Notes under the pieces: model-generated
The model's database searches: none
Seen by the model: only the letters and a program-made list of their open reading frames with translations
Told to the model about the DNA's origin: nothing
Part shown: piece after piece, positions 36,573-45,365 of the stretch
Layout: each line of letters starts with the position of its first letter
Numbering within the stretch: the first letter of the stretch is position 1
Program-made: the position numbers and the translations under genes
Assembly (NCBI GenBank): GCA_046583195.1
Contig: JAYGCV010000023.1
Coordinates: 676-64,675, forward strand
From: Myxococcota bacterium
GTDB taxonomy: Bacteria; Myxococcota_A; UBA9160; UBA4427
Length of the DNA: 64,000 bases
Reading direction: 5' to 3'

Positions 36573-37713
36573 GGACGCCCGGAGCGCTCTTTCTGCCGAG
36601 GCCCGCAATGTCCTCGCCCTGGCTCGCAAGGACCGCAAGGCCGCCACCACTGCGTTGGCCCAGCTATCGCTCGAGGCGCAGCTGGCGGTTGTGTGCGAGG
36701 CGCCGGCGAGTGCGCGCGGACTCCTGCTCGAACTCACCCCCCAGCCCGAGGCGCTGATTCCGCGACTCCCCGAGGCGGAGTTCTGTTTCACGCTGAAGGC
36801 CATCGGGATCGCCGACGCGGATTGGCTGATCGAGTACGCGACACCGGAGCAGATCGTCGCGGCGGTCGACCTCGACGCCTGGCAGGGAATCGACCCCGAC
36901 CCGGCGGCCCTCGAACCCTGGATTGCGGCCCTGTCCACCGCCAGCGAGGCGGCCTTGCTGCGCGGAACCCGAGCACTCGATCCCGAACTCCTGGTCCTCT
37001 ACCTGCGTGACCGCGTCGACGTCTACCTCGACCCGCGCGACGAAGAGTGGCAGGCGCCCCCGGGCTTCCAGACGCTCGAGGGCCAGTTCTACTTCGGCGC
37101 GAGGCGAGAGAATGACGACGTCGATGCGTTGGCACGATTGCTTCGCATTCTCTTCAGCTCGGACTATTGGCTCTACTACCGGTTGATGCAGGGTGCGATT
37201 TGGGAACTCGACAGCGACCTCGAAGAGTGGGCGCGGCGCTGGCGGACGGGTCGACTCCAGGACATGGGCTTCCCCTCGTGGGACGAAGCCATGCGAATCT
37301 ACGGCTTCCTCCGCCCGGAACAGCGCGCCGAAATCCCGACCGGCAGCCGCCCCTTCGATGCGAGCAGCTGGTCGCTTCCGGTCTGGATGCCCGGGCTTCC
37401 CGCCGCCCTCGATTCAACGCACCTCGTCTTCCGCGCACTCGCCGAACTCGAGCCCGAGGAACGACAAGCCTTCTTCTACGCCTTCGTCGCCATCGCCAAC
37501 GCGGTCGCCATCGCCGATCAATTGCCTCTCGGCGAGCCCGAAACCCTGCCCCGGGCCCTTGACGAAGCGGCGCTCCAGACGAGTCGCGGCCTCGAGTACC
37601 TCGCCCGTGAAAACGGTCTGAGCGCCGTCGAGGTGCTGCGCCGGGTCGAAGTCGAACGACTCTTCCGGGTGGGCGCCAATCTCGCCCCGGAGCCGCGAGC
37701 GCTCCGGGAGTGA
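36571..37713 (+). CDS. Hypothetical conserved protein (no family assigned with confidence)
   Basis: 381 aa from MDARSALSAEARNVL; balanced, non-repetitive composition. The ORF-track start at 36364 would run antisense into the NUDIX gene. Confidence 0.6.
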   Translation: MDARSALSAEARNVLALARKDRKAATTALAQLSLEAQLAVVCEAPASARGLLLELTPQPEALIPRLPEAEFCFTLKAIGIADADWLIEYATPEQIVAAVDLDAWQGIDPDPAALEPWIAALSTASEAALLRGTRALDPELLVLYLRDRVDVYLDPRDEEWQAPPGFQTLEGQFYFGARRENDDVDALARLLRILFSSDYWLYYRLMQGAIWELDSDLEEWARRWRTGRLQDMGFPSWDEAMRIYGFLRPEQRAEIPTGSRPFDASSWSLPVWMPGLPAALDSTHLVFRALAELEPEERQAFFYAFVAIANAVAIADQLPLGEPETLPRALDEAALQTSRGLEYLARENGLSAVEVLRRVEVERLFRVGANLAPEPRALRE

Positions 37714-37730
37714 TCCCCCGCACGAGAAGA

Positions 37731-37783
37731 GCCCCGCCGGATCGCTCCAGCGGGGCCCTTCCTGGAAGACGCCCGAAGGCGTC
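37731..37783. terminator. Two GC hairpins between convergent genes (candidate bidirectional terminators)
   Basis: GCCCCGC-N12-GCGGGGC (37731-37756) and GACGCC-cgaa-GGCGTC (37768-37783) lie between the stops at 37713 (+) and 37830 (-). No clear U-tract. Confidence 0.4.
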
Positions 37784-37829
37784 AACACCCAAACCAGCTC
37801 AGACGCCGGTCCAGACGGATTCGGACGAT

Positions 37830-38057
37830 CTAGAGATCGACCGCCTTCAGCGTCTTGCGCTTGTTGCCAATCGCACGCGCTTCGGCGCCCTTGATCAGAT
37901 CGCGAACCACGGCGTCGAGAGCTCCGTAGAACTCAGCGCCGACGTTGCACTTCTTGGTCGCTTTCTTCGTGCGCGTCTTCGAGATGATCAACTCGGCGGG
38001 CTTTCCGCGCCGTGCTGCCTTCTTCTTACCGGCCTTCTTCTTCTTCCTGGCTGCCAT
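37830..38057 (-). CDS. Small histone-fold-like (DUF1931-type) DNA-binding protein with Lys/Arg-rich N-terminal tail
   Basis: 75 aa from the ATG at 38057 (GGGGGA upstream): MAARKKKKAGKKKAARRGKP, then AELIISKTRTKKATKK.NVGAEFYGALDAVVRDLIKGAEARAIGNKRKTLKAVDL. This has the ...A..rA..ngRKTlk..Dl pattern of bacterial histone-fold proteins. Confidence 0.6.
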   Translation of the reverse strand: MAARKKKKAGKKKAARRGKPAELIISKTRTKKATKKCNVGAEFYGALDAVVRDLIKGAEARAIGNKRKTLKAVDL

Positions 38058-38396
38058 TCTTGTATTCCCCCAAGGTTCGTCGTCCGCGGGCGCGGGAGCC
38101 AAAGGCTTCCACCGAAACGACGCACCCCAAGTTGGGTTCCGGTTGCCATCCCTCCCCCCTAGGTTGGGCGACGTGCCGGACTCCGTTTCAATCCGATCAA
38201 TCGACGCGACGACGGCGATCCCAATCGCGACCCCATCCCCGCATCGGTCGCCGAGCATAAGCGTTCGGAGCCGGGCATAAAACCCCAAAATGCCCGGAGA
38301 GCCGCCGAAAAGGCCGAATTCGGGGTTTTTCTTCGATCGCAACCCGATCGATCAGGCGATTGAGCCGGGTTCGCGGGACCGATAGCCTTTGGCCCG

Positions 38397-39206
38397 GTGC
38401 AAAGTGAACACTTCGAATCCGAACGCATCCCGGGTATCCGCCTGCATGCACTCCACTGGGGAGAGCGGGGCCAACGTCCCCTGGTCCTACTCCACGGCGG
38501 CGGTGCGAACGCCCACTGGTGGTGCCACCTGGCCCCCGACCTCACCCGAAACACCTCTGTCGTGGCCCTCGACTTCCGTGGGCACGGCGCCTCCCGTTAC
38601 CCCGAAGAACTCGAAGTGGGTGCCTTCAACAACGATCTCGAAGGGCTCCTCGACCACCTCGGTCGGGAAGACGCCATTCTCGTGGGCCATTCGATGGGGG
38701 GTGCCATTGCCCTCGATCACGCGGCCCGTCACCCGCAGATTCGTGGGCTCGCACTCCTCGACGTCTCCGCGGGAGCCAGCCGGCGCTCACGGCGGGTGGC
38801 ACGGCTCGCGCTCATGCTGCGCCGCACCTACGCCACACGCGAAGAAGCGGTCGCCCGCTTCAACTTCCTGCCCCGGGCGCGCGGGGCCGACGAAGCGCTA
38901 CGTGCCTCGATTGCCAGGGCTTCGGTCTGCGAAACCGACGACGGTCGATATGGATTCGCCTTTGATCCCCGCTGGTTCGGGATACCGTCGCGCCCACGCC
39001 CCGATCTCTCCCGGGTGACCTGCCCGACACTGCTGATCCGCGGCCAGGCAAGCAAGTTACTGACTCCCGACGGCGCCACCGCCCTGCTAGGCGAACTGCC
39101 GAACGCGGAATTCGCAGAGATCCCGGGGGCCGGGCATCACGTCCAACTCGAGCAGCCCGCGGCCGTCCTCGGTGCATTGCAGCGCTTCCTCGAACCCCTG
39201 GTCTAG
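38397..39206 (+). CDS. Alpha/beta-fold hydrolase
   Basis: LVLLHGGGANAHWW, LVGHSMGG, GAGHHVQLEQP. Confidence 0.8.
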   Translation: MQSEHFESERIPGIRLHALHWGERGQRPLVLLHGGGANAHWWCHLAPDLTRNTSVVALDFRGHGASRYPEELEVGAFNNDLEGLLDHLGREDAILVGHSMGGAIALDHAARHPQIRGLALLDVSAGASRRSRRVARLALMLRRTYATREEAVARFNFLPRARGADEALRASIARASVCETDDGRYGFAFDPRWFGIPSRPRPDLSRVTCPTLLIRGQASKLLTPDGATALLGELPNAEFAEIPGAGHHVQLEQPAAVLGALQRFLEPLV

Positions 39207-39258
39207 AGGGACACCGCCGCAGCGCATCGGGCGCTCTCGCGAATCGGCACCGCGGCGA

Positions 39259-40236
39259 TTACCGAAGGGGCAGCCCCTCGAGTACCTCGGCCTGCTGCCA
39301 GACGCGCACCCCGGGACGAAAGGCCTGCCAGGCAAACCAGTAGGCTTCGATCACGGTGCACTGATCGCCGGCGTCGTGGAAGAAAGTCGCCGACGCGGGG
39401 TCGTAGGCCACGCGCAAGCGAACGCCGCCTACCTCGTCTACCACCCGGCCCCCCGCCGCGGTGACCAGCGAGGACAGGAACGCTCGCTCGTCGCCACCAC
39501 AGCTAACCCCCAGCACGATTTCCTTCGGGTGGAAACGCGGATCGACGTCGCCTACCGGAAAGGGAATGCGGGGCGATGACCAGTAGGCCGAGAACGGGCT
39601 GAAGCGGTAGTCGATCTGCTTGAGTAGCGGTCGTTCTAGAATCTTCGTTTCGGGGTGCGTCTCGGCCCAACTCGCCAGGGCCCGCTTCACGACCCGAACG
39701 CGACGCCATTGAGCACCGGCAAGCGGACCCGCGACGGCGCGCCCCTCGATCGGAAGCCACAGACTTTCGGTCTGTCGGTCGTAGAGCAGGCAATGCCCGC
39801 GGTAGACCAGGCCCGACACGCCAAAATCGAGCATTCGTCCATCGACTTCACGCTCGAAGGCCAGGGGGATCCCGGCGATCGGGTCCCAGATGACCACCAC
39901 CGCGTGCTCCCCAACGCGATCGTTGACGACCTGGTGATAATCGAGCAGGTGCTCGGGGTAGGCGCGCGCCTCTCCCGCGAGCACGAGGCCGAGAACGGCG
40001 TTCTCCGGAGCCACCCAGCGCGCCGCCGCTTCGAGGTCCACAAAGCGCGGCGCATCGACGGCACGGGCTCCATCGCGCGCCGTTCCGCGCAGGATCTGGT
40101 CCACGGGCACCCGAGAATCGCTGAGATCGAAGCCGTTCCGTGACGGCGTGTCCCCGGCTCCGGCGAGTGACGTCACGAGCAAAGACGACAGCAGGAGCGC
40201 GAACGCCCAGGAGAGAATGCCGCGGCTATCGATCAC
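39259..40236 (-). CDS. DUF3179-domain secreted protein
   Basis: Signal peptide, then VPVDQILRGTARDGARAVDAPRF, ARAYPEHLLDYHQVVNDRVG, FGVSGLVYRGHCLLYDRQTESLW. The start overlaps the bioA stop by 11 nt. Confidence 0.75.
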   Translation of the reverse strand: MIDSRGILSWAFALLLSSLLVTSLAGAGDTPSRNGFDLSDSRVPVDQILRGTARDGARAVDAPRFVDLEAAARWVAPENAVLGLVLAGEARAYPEHLLDYHQVVNDRVGEHAVVVIWDPIAGIPLAFEREVDGRMLDFGVSGLVYRGHCLLYDRQTESLWLPIEGRAVAGPLAGAQWRRVRVVKRALASWAETHPETKILERPLLKQIDYRFSPFSAYWSSPRIPFPVGDVDPRFHPKEIVLGVSCGGDERAFLSSLVTAAGGRVVDEVGGVRLRVAYDPASATFFHDAGDQCTVIEAYWFAWQAFRPGVRVWQQAEVLEGLPLR

Positions 40237-41536
40237 CCAGCACCTTCGCGACGCTGGTCTGGAGGATGTCGAGAAGGCGATCGAGATCTTCGTCGGGAAT
40301 ATTGATCGAGGGCGTTACGTAGACCACGTTGCCGAGCGGGCGCAGGTAGGCGCCGCTTGCGAGGGCCTCGGCGTAGACTCGCCATCCCACGTCCGAGAGG
40401 TAGCCCGAGTCGCCCTCGAGGTCGCAGGCACCGATCATGCCGAGCGATCGCGTGGCGGTGACGCCACTCCACCCCGACATTTCCGCGAAGGCGCGCTCGA
40501 TCCTCTGAGCCTTCGCCTGCGCCGAAGCGATGATGTCTTCGTCCCTAAAGACGCGGAGGACTTCGCGAGCGACCGCCGCGCCGAGGGGATTCCCGCAGAA
40601 GGTGTGGCCGTAGTAGAAGGCACGCGAGGCCTCGCCCAGGAAACCCTCGAAGATGCGCGGCGTCGCCAGGGTCGCGGCCATCGGAAACATGCCACCCGAA
40701 AAGCCCTTCGCCGTGCAGAGAATGTCCGGCGAAATCCCGGCGTGTTGGCTCGCCCACATGCGGCCGGTGCGGCCGTAACCGGTGAAGACTTCGTCGCATA
40801 CGAGAAAGATGTCGAACTGATCACACAGGCGACGCGCCCCGCGCAGGAAGTCGGCGGAATACATCCGCATGCCCGCGGCCCCCTGCACCATGGGCTCGAC
40901 CACCAGGGCGGCAATCCGGTCGGAGTCCGCTTCGAATATTTCAGCGAGACGCGCAAGCGCCGCCTCGTGCCCGCCCTCCGACGCGGGCGAGGGGATGTGC
41001 TGGCACTCGAGCAGCACCTTCGAGAAGGGGTCGCGAAAAACATCAACGCCCCCCAGCGCGGTGACACCGAGAGTCTCACCGTGGAAGGCTTCCTCGAGGG
41101 CCACGAAGGCCACTCGCCGGGGGCGACCGTTCTGTGCCCAGTACTGCAGCGCCAGCTTCATCGCGACCTCGACCGAAGTTGAACCGTTGTCGCTGTAGAA
41201 GACGTGTTCGAGACCCGGGGGCGCCACCGCGCAGATCTCCTCGGCGAGTTCCGAAGCCCCGGGATGGGCGATCCCCGCCAGGGCCGTGTGGCAGATCTTT
41301 TGCATCTGCGTTTCGAGCGCTTTGGTAAGCCGCGGGTGATTGTGGCCGAGGGTGGCGGTCCACCACGAAGCGTTGCCATCGAGGATCTCGCGACCATCGG
41401 CGTCCTCGAGCCTCGAGCCCCGCCCCCGCACCACGACCAGCGGCTCGGTCTCGCGCTGGTAGCGGCTCATCTCGGTGTACGGATGCCAGACCCGCGCCTT
41501 GTCCATTGCCACGGTGCGTTCTCTTAAATCGCTCAT
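40226..41536 (-). CDS. bioA: Adenosylmethionine-8-amino-7-oxononanoate aminotransferase
   Basis: MSDLRERTVAMDKARVWHPYT, DGNASWWTATLGHNHP, FVCDEVFTGYGRTG, CTAKGFSGG. ATG at 41536, preceded by GGAAGGAGA. Confidence 0.9.
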   Translation of the reverse strand: MSDLRERTVAMDKARVWHPYTEMSRYQRETEPLVVVRGRGSRLEDADGREILDGNASWWTATLGHNHPRLTKALETQMQKICHTALAGIAHPGASELAEEICAVAPPGLEHVFYSDNGSTSVEVAMKLALQYWAQNGRPRRVAFVALEEAFHGETLGVTALGGVDVFRDPFSKVLLECQHIPSPASEGGHEAALARLAEIFEADSDRIAALVVEPMVQGAAGMRMYSADFLRGARRLCDQFDIFLVCDEVFTGYGRTGRMWASQHAGISPDILCTAKGFSGGMFPMAATLATPRIFEGFLGEASRAFYYGHTFCGNPLGAAVAREVLRVFRDEDIIASAQAKAQRIERAFAEMSGWSGVTATRSLGMIGACDLEGDSGYLSDVGWRVYAEALASGAYLRPLGNVVYVTPSINIPDEDLDRLLDILQTSVAKVLGDR

Positions 41537-41548
41537 GCTTGTCTCCTT

Positions 41549-41638
41549 CCGAACCCGACTGAACTCGACCGAGCACGACTTGAACCCGACCGAGCACGAC
41601 TGAACTCGACCGAGCCCGACTTGAACTCGACCGAACAC
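41549..41638. repeat. Tandem direct repeat, 4 units of 20/21 nt (equivalently 2 x 41 nt), in the bioA 5' region
   Basis: Units are gactgaactcgaccgagcac (41557-76), gacttgaacccgaccgagcac (41577-97), gactgaactcgaccgagccc (41598-617) and gacttgaactcgaccgaacac (41618-38). A partial unit, ccgaaccc, lies at 41549-56. Confidence 0.85.
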
Positions 41639-41650
41639 GGTCGTCGTAGC

Positions 41651-44179
41651 TTATGGAGCGACCGAAGCGACGTCGAGGGGCAACTCGATGCTGAAGAGCG
41701 CGCCCCCCTCCGGGTTCGCAAGCGCGCGAATGCGCCCGCCGTGGCGTTCGACGATGCCGTGGGAAATCGAGAGCCCAAGGCCCGTTCCCTGGCCCACGGC
41801 CTTCGTGGTAAAGAAGGGGTCAAAGACCTGGCTCTGGTGCTCCGGCGCGATCCCCGGTCCGGTATCGAGAATTTCCACGCGAATGCCGGCGAGCGTCTTG
41901 CGCGTGCGCAACGTGATCTTGCCGCCGTCGGGCATCGCGTCACAGGCGTTCATCAGCAGGTTCAGCAACACCTGGTCCAGCTGTCCCGGATAGCAGCGAA
42001 TCAGCGGAATCGGTTCGAAATCGCGAACGACCTCGATGCCCTCGCGCAGGCGCGGCTTCATCAGTGTCAGCGTGCGGTCGAGTTCCTCGCAGAGATCCGC
42101 TTCCTGCAATTCGGCCTGGTCCATGCGCGAGAAGGTCCGGAGGTCCTGGACGATTTCCTTGACCCGAAGGGTCCCCTCGCGACTGCGCGAGAGAAGCTTC
42201 GAGATCGCCGTCCGGAGGCGCTCGACCTCTTCGGGATCGTCCTCTCCCTTCAGCAATTTGTCGATGTATTCGTCGAGCAACTGCAGATTGGCGTGGACGA
42301 AGCCAATGGGATTGTTCAGCTCATGCGCCACCCCGGCGACGAGCTGCCCCAGCGAAGTCAGTTTTTCGCTCTGAATGAGTTGCGCCTGGATCTCACGCAA
42401 TTCGCGGCTGCGCTCCTCGACCCGCGCTTCGAGATTCTCGTTGAGCTGAGCAATTTCCTCGAAGGCCTTCGCGTTCTCGAGACCGATGGCGCCCTGGTTG
42501 GCGAGGGTGCGAAGCAGCTCGCGGTCCGCCACACCAATGCGATCGCCCGTCACCTTCTTTCCGACTGCGATCACGCCGAGCAATTCGTTCCCAAAGAGAA
42601 TGGGGGTCAGCAGCTCGACCTCTTGCGAATCAAAGAGCCCCTGACACATCTCGCGCCGCGCAGAATCCAGCTCATCCTCGAAATCGATCTTCGCGCACTC
42701 CTTCGGCCCGGCAGCCAGACTGGCGCAGAGTGGATGGTTGCGCGCCATCGAGAACGCTTTTGGATCAGGCCAGTCGCCGCGCCAGGCCGCGGGCTCGAGC
42801 CGGCGGGTCTCTTCGTCGTAGAGCATCAACATCGCCCGGCGCACGCCCATGGTCGTGGTCAGGGCATCGAGGATCCGATCGCGAATCTCCTCGACCGAAA
42901 TCACAGAAACCAGCGCGGCCGCCACTTCGCCCACCGCACGGCGATGACGTGCGCGGTTTCGGTCGAACACCCGGTCGACGACGCTCTGCACCCGAGCGCG
43001 AACCGGGTTGAAGGCGAGGATGGCGAAGAAGAGTGCAACCACCTGCACCGATCGGGCAGTGACTCCCGAAAGCAGCACGATCTCGTCGGTGAAGGCAACG
43101 AGGCCCGCAAAGGCACCGGTCACCACGAGGCTGGCCACGCCGTAGGCTGCCGAGGAGCGAGCGGCCAGCCGGAAATCGAAGAGTTGCCGGCGCACCATGC
43201 CGTAGCTGATGGCCAGCGGAAAGAAGGCCATCGAAAGCAGGCCGACGTACCAGGGCGCCGGGGCCGGGGCGAAGAGCGGCAGGAAGGCGAGCGCGATTCC
43301 CGGCAGGAAGCTCACCAGGCCCGCGGCCAGCATCAGGTCGGTGCGCTCGCCCAGCCCAGCCCGATTGGCGCGGCGCCGTTCGGAGGCGAGGATTCCCATC
43401 GCGCAGACCGCGAACGCAACGCCGTAGAAGAATGCAATTTGCTCGGGCCAGTCGGTCTGCCAATCGAAGTGAGAGGCCAGGAAAATCGCGATCGAGATCG
43501 CGACCGCGCCCAGGTAGGGGATGGCGCGAATGCCCGGGCGCCGCTCGAGCCAGCGCGGCTGCACGGGGTAGGTCGTAAAGAGATGAAAGGACGTCGCTCC
43601 GAGCCACGGAAGCACCGCGAGCGCACGCGCACCCGACCAGGGCAGCAGATCGGCCCGCACGCCGGTCGAAAGCACCACCGAAGCGGTACAGCCAAAGAGC
43701 AGAAGCGCAAAGGTCTCATCGCGATCAGGACGACCGAGCCAGGCGATCACCACGACGAAAACGTAGACGACGGCCACGGAGAGCAGCCCGACGTGGAGCA
43801 GGACGTCGTAGGGGCGCTGCATGGCCGCCGCCGGAAGAGGACGAAGGACAACGTCGAAGACCTCGCCGCCCGGCCGGCGAACCTCGTAATGATTCGCGAC
43901 GCCCGCATCGAGATCCATCGGCGACCGCACCACGGCGATCACGGGGCGACCGTCGACCGACAGGACGCGATCCCCCGCGCGGATGCCCGCGCGAGTCGCT
44001 TCGGGGCTGGTGGCGGCAACGACACCCGCACCGGTGACGAAGCTGAAATCCATCGGCAGCGAGAGGCGCTGCTGGAGGAAGAAGAGCGCGTAGAACGAGG
44101 CCCCGATGGCGACACACGCCCAGAGCACTGCGACGACAGCAGTACCGCGCCGGAGCCCGACGGTCGTTTTGCGCTTCAT
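41651..44179 (-). CDS. Membrane sensor histidine kinase (PDZ - multi-TM - GAF - HisKA - HATPase_c)
   Basis: N-terminal TM plus PDZ-like AGIRAGDRVLSVDGRPV; about 10 hydrophobic segments; GAF-like region; H-box AGVAHELNNPIGFV; N/G boxes LLMNACDAM, DTGPGI, GTGLGLS. Confidence 0.85.
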   Translation of the reverse strand: MKRKTTVGLRRGTAVVAVLWACVAIGASFYALFFLQQRLSLPMDFSFVTGAGVVAATSPEATRAGIRAGDRVLSVDGRPVIAVVRSPMDLDAGVANHYEVRRPGGEVFDVVLRPLPAAAMQRPYDVLLHVGLLSVAVVYVFVVVIAWLGRPDRDETFALLLFGCTASVVLSTGVRADLLPWSGARALAVLPWLGATSFHLFTTYPVQPRWLERRPGIRAIPYLGAVAISIAIFLASHFDWQTDWPEQIAFFYGVAFAVCAMGILASERRRANRAGLGERTDLMLAAGLVSFLPGIALAFLPLFAPAPAPWYVGLLSMAFFPLAISYGMVRRQLFDFRLAARSSAAYGVASLVVTGAFAGLVAFTDEIVLLSGVTARSVQVVALFFAILAFNPVRARVQSVVDRVFDRNRARHRRAVGEVAAALVSVISVEEIRDRILDALTTTMGVRRAMLMLYDEETRRLEPAAWRGDWPDPKAFSMARNHPLCASLAAGPKECAKIDFEDELDSARREMCQGLFDSQEVELLTPILFGNELLGVIAVGKKVTGDRIGVADRELLRTLANQGAIGLENAKAFEEIAQLNENLEARVEERSRELREIQAQLIQSEKLTSLGQLVAGVAHELNNPIGFVHANLQLLDEYIDKLLKGEDDPEEVERLRTAISKLLSRSREGTLRVKEIVQDLRTFSRMDQAELQEADLCEELDRTLTLMKPRLREGIEVVRDFEPIPLIRCYPGQLDQVLLNLLMNACDAMPDGGKITLRTRKTLAGIRVEILDTGPGIAPEHQSQVFDPFFTTKAVGQGTGLGLSISHGIVERHGGRIRALANPEGGALFSIELPLDVASVAP

Positions 44180-44299
44180 TCCGTCCTGGATGCCGGCGCG
44201 GGGGTGGGGGGAAGACGCGCAATCGGATCCGTTTTACAGGATGGCATAGATCGCCGGCGCACCCGAAGCCAAGCCGCCTGTGCCTTTTGGTGCTTCGCG

Positions 44300-44623
44300 C
44301 TACGGGCGCTTTATGGGGCCCGAGAAGCCATCCGGAGGCCCTTCTCGCGACGCGCGGTAGTTGTAGCCGCGCCCGTTCAGCACCACCGGCCCTCCCGGCG
44401 GGGTGGCGCCACGCTGGGCTTCCCGCAGCGCACGCCGCACCCTCTGCTCGATCTCAAAAAGCGCCGGTGCGGCGGGGGCTTCCCGGCACGTCGCCGCTCC
44501 GCCGACCGTCTCGCTGGCCGAATCGGCGAAAGCCCAAACAGGCAGCGCGAGCGCGACGAGCAACACGAGTGCAGAACGCCTCGAGGCCCCGGCGCAACGG
44601 GTGCGCGTGTTACCTTCCGCCAT
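44300..44623 (-). CDS. Hypothetical small secreted protein
   Basis: Signal-peptide-like RRSALVLLVALALPVWAFA; third-position GC bias in my codon read. No family recognised. Confidence 0.4.
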   Translation of the reverse strand: MAEGNTRTRCAGASRRSALVLLVALALPVWAFADSASETVGGAATCREAPAAPALFEIEQRVRRALREAQRGATPPGGPVVLNGRGYNYRASREGPPDGFSGPIKRP

Positions 44624-44742
44624 GAGCCACTCATCGGCGCTCAGGGGCCGCGGCTTGAAGCCTGTCCGAGACCTTCTCCGCGCTGCCAGCGAGAACCCGC
44701 CACGGCCCGCCGGCGAAGAACGAAACGAGGAACCCGTCCACC

Positions 44743-45306
44743 ATGGCCCACCGTTCGCATCGCCTCGCCGACCCCGAGCGTTCGCTCCTTCTCGTAGTCG
44801 ACCTGCAGGAGTCGTATCGCGGGAAACTCCACGAAGAGGAACGCACCTTGCGAGCCAATGCGACGCTGATCAAGGCGGCGAAGATCCTCCACATCCCGGT
44901 GGTGGTGACCGAGCAATATCCGGAAAAACTCGGCCCCACCCGAAGCGAGATCGAGGAAGTTCTCGAGGCCGAGACCCCCCGGTTCGCGAAGCGAACCTTC
45001 TCCTGCTGGGGCCACGCCGACTTGCGTACTCACATCGCGGGAACCGGATGCGACCAGGTCATCGTCACCGGCATCGAAACCCACGTCTGCGTGGGCCAGA
45101 CGGTGCTCGATCTGATGCGGGCGGATCTTCAGGTCCACGTCCCGCGCGACGCCATGACTTCGCGCTTCGCGCTCGAGGACGCCGCTGGCTGGGAAAAGTT
45201 GGTCGCGTCGGGGGCCCTGCCGGCCAGCGCCGAGTCGATCCTCTTCGAGTGGGTGATCGATTCGCGCGAAGCCGAGTTCAAGGCGATCCACGCGCTGGTG
45301 GCCTAG
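44743..45306 (+). CDS. Isochorismatase-family cysteine hydrolase
   Basis: LLLVVDLQESY, VVVTEQYPEKLG, VIVTGIETHVCVGQT (catalytic Cys). Confidence 0.85.
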   Translation: MAHRSHRLADPERSLLLVVDLQESYRGKLHEEERTLRANATLIKAAKILHIPVVVTEQYPEKLGPTRSEIEEVLEAETPRFAKRTFSCWGHADLRTHIAGTGCDQVIVTGIETHVCVGQTVLDLMRADLQVHVPRDAMTSRFALEDAAGWEKLVASGALPASAESILFEWVIDSREAEFKAIHALVA

Positions 45307-45365
45307 GCGGCTGCTGGTTTCGGCGCTGCGAGCGGGCGCCCTTACCCGCTAGTCCGCCACCGCTG

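Noticed and set aside
41549-41638. Possible CRISPR array
   Set aside because: The units are directly contiguous with no spacers. There are only 4 copies of 20-21 nt, and no cas genes are in the window. It is a simple tandem repeat.
41621-44797. 1058-aa plus-strand ORF
   Set aside because: It is antisense to the histidine kinase (clear H, N and G boxes on the minus strand). It is highly charged and low-complexity, and it would also run through the isochorismatase gene start.
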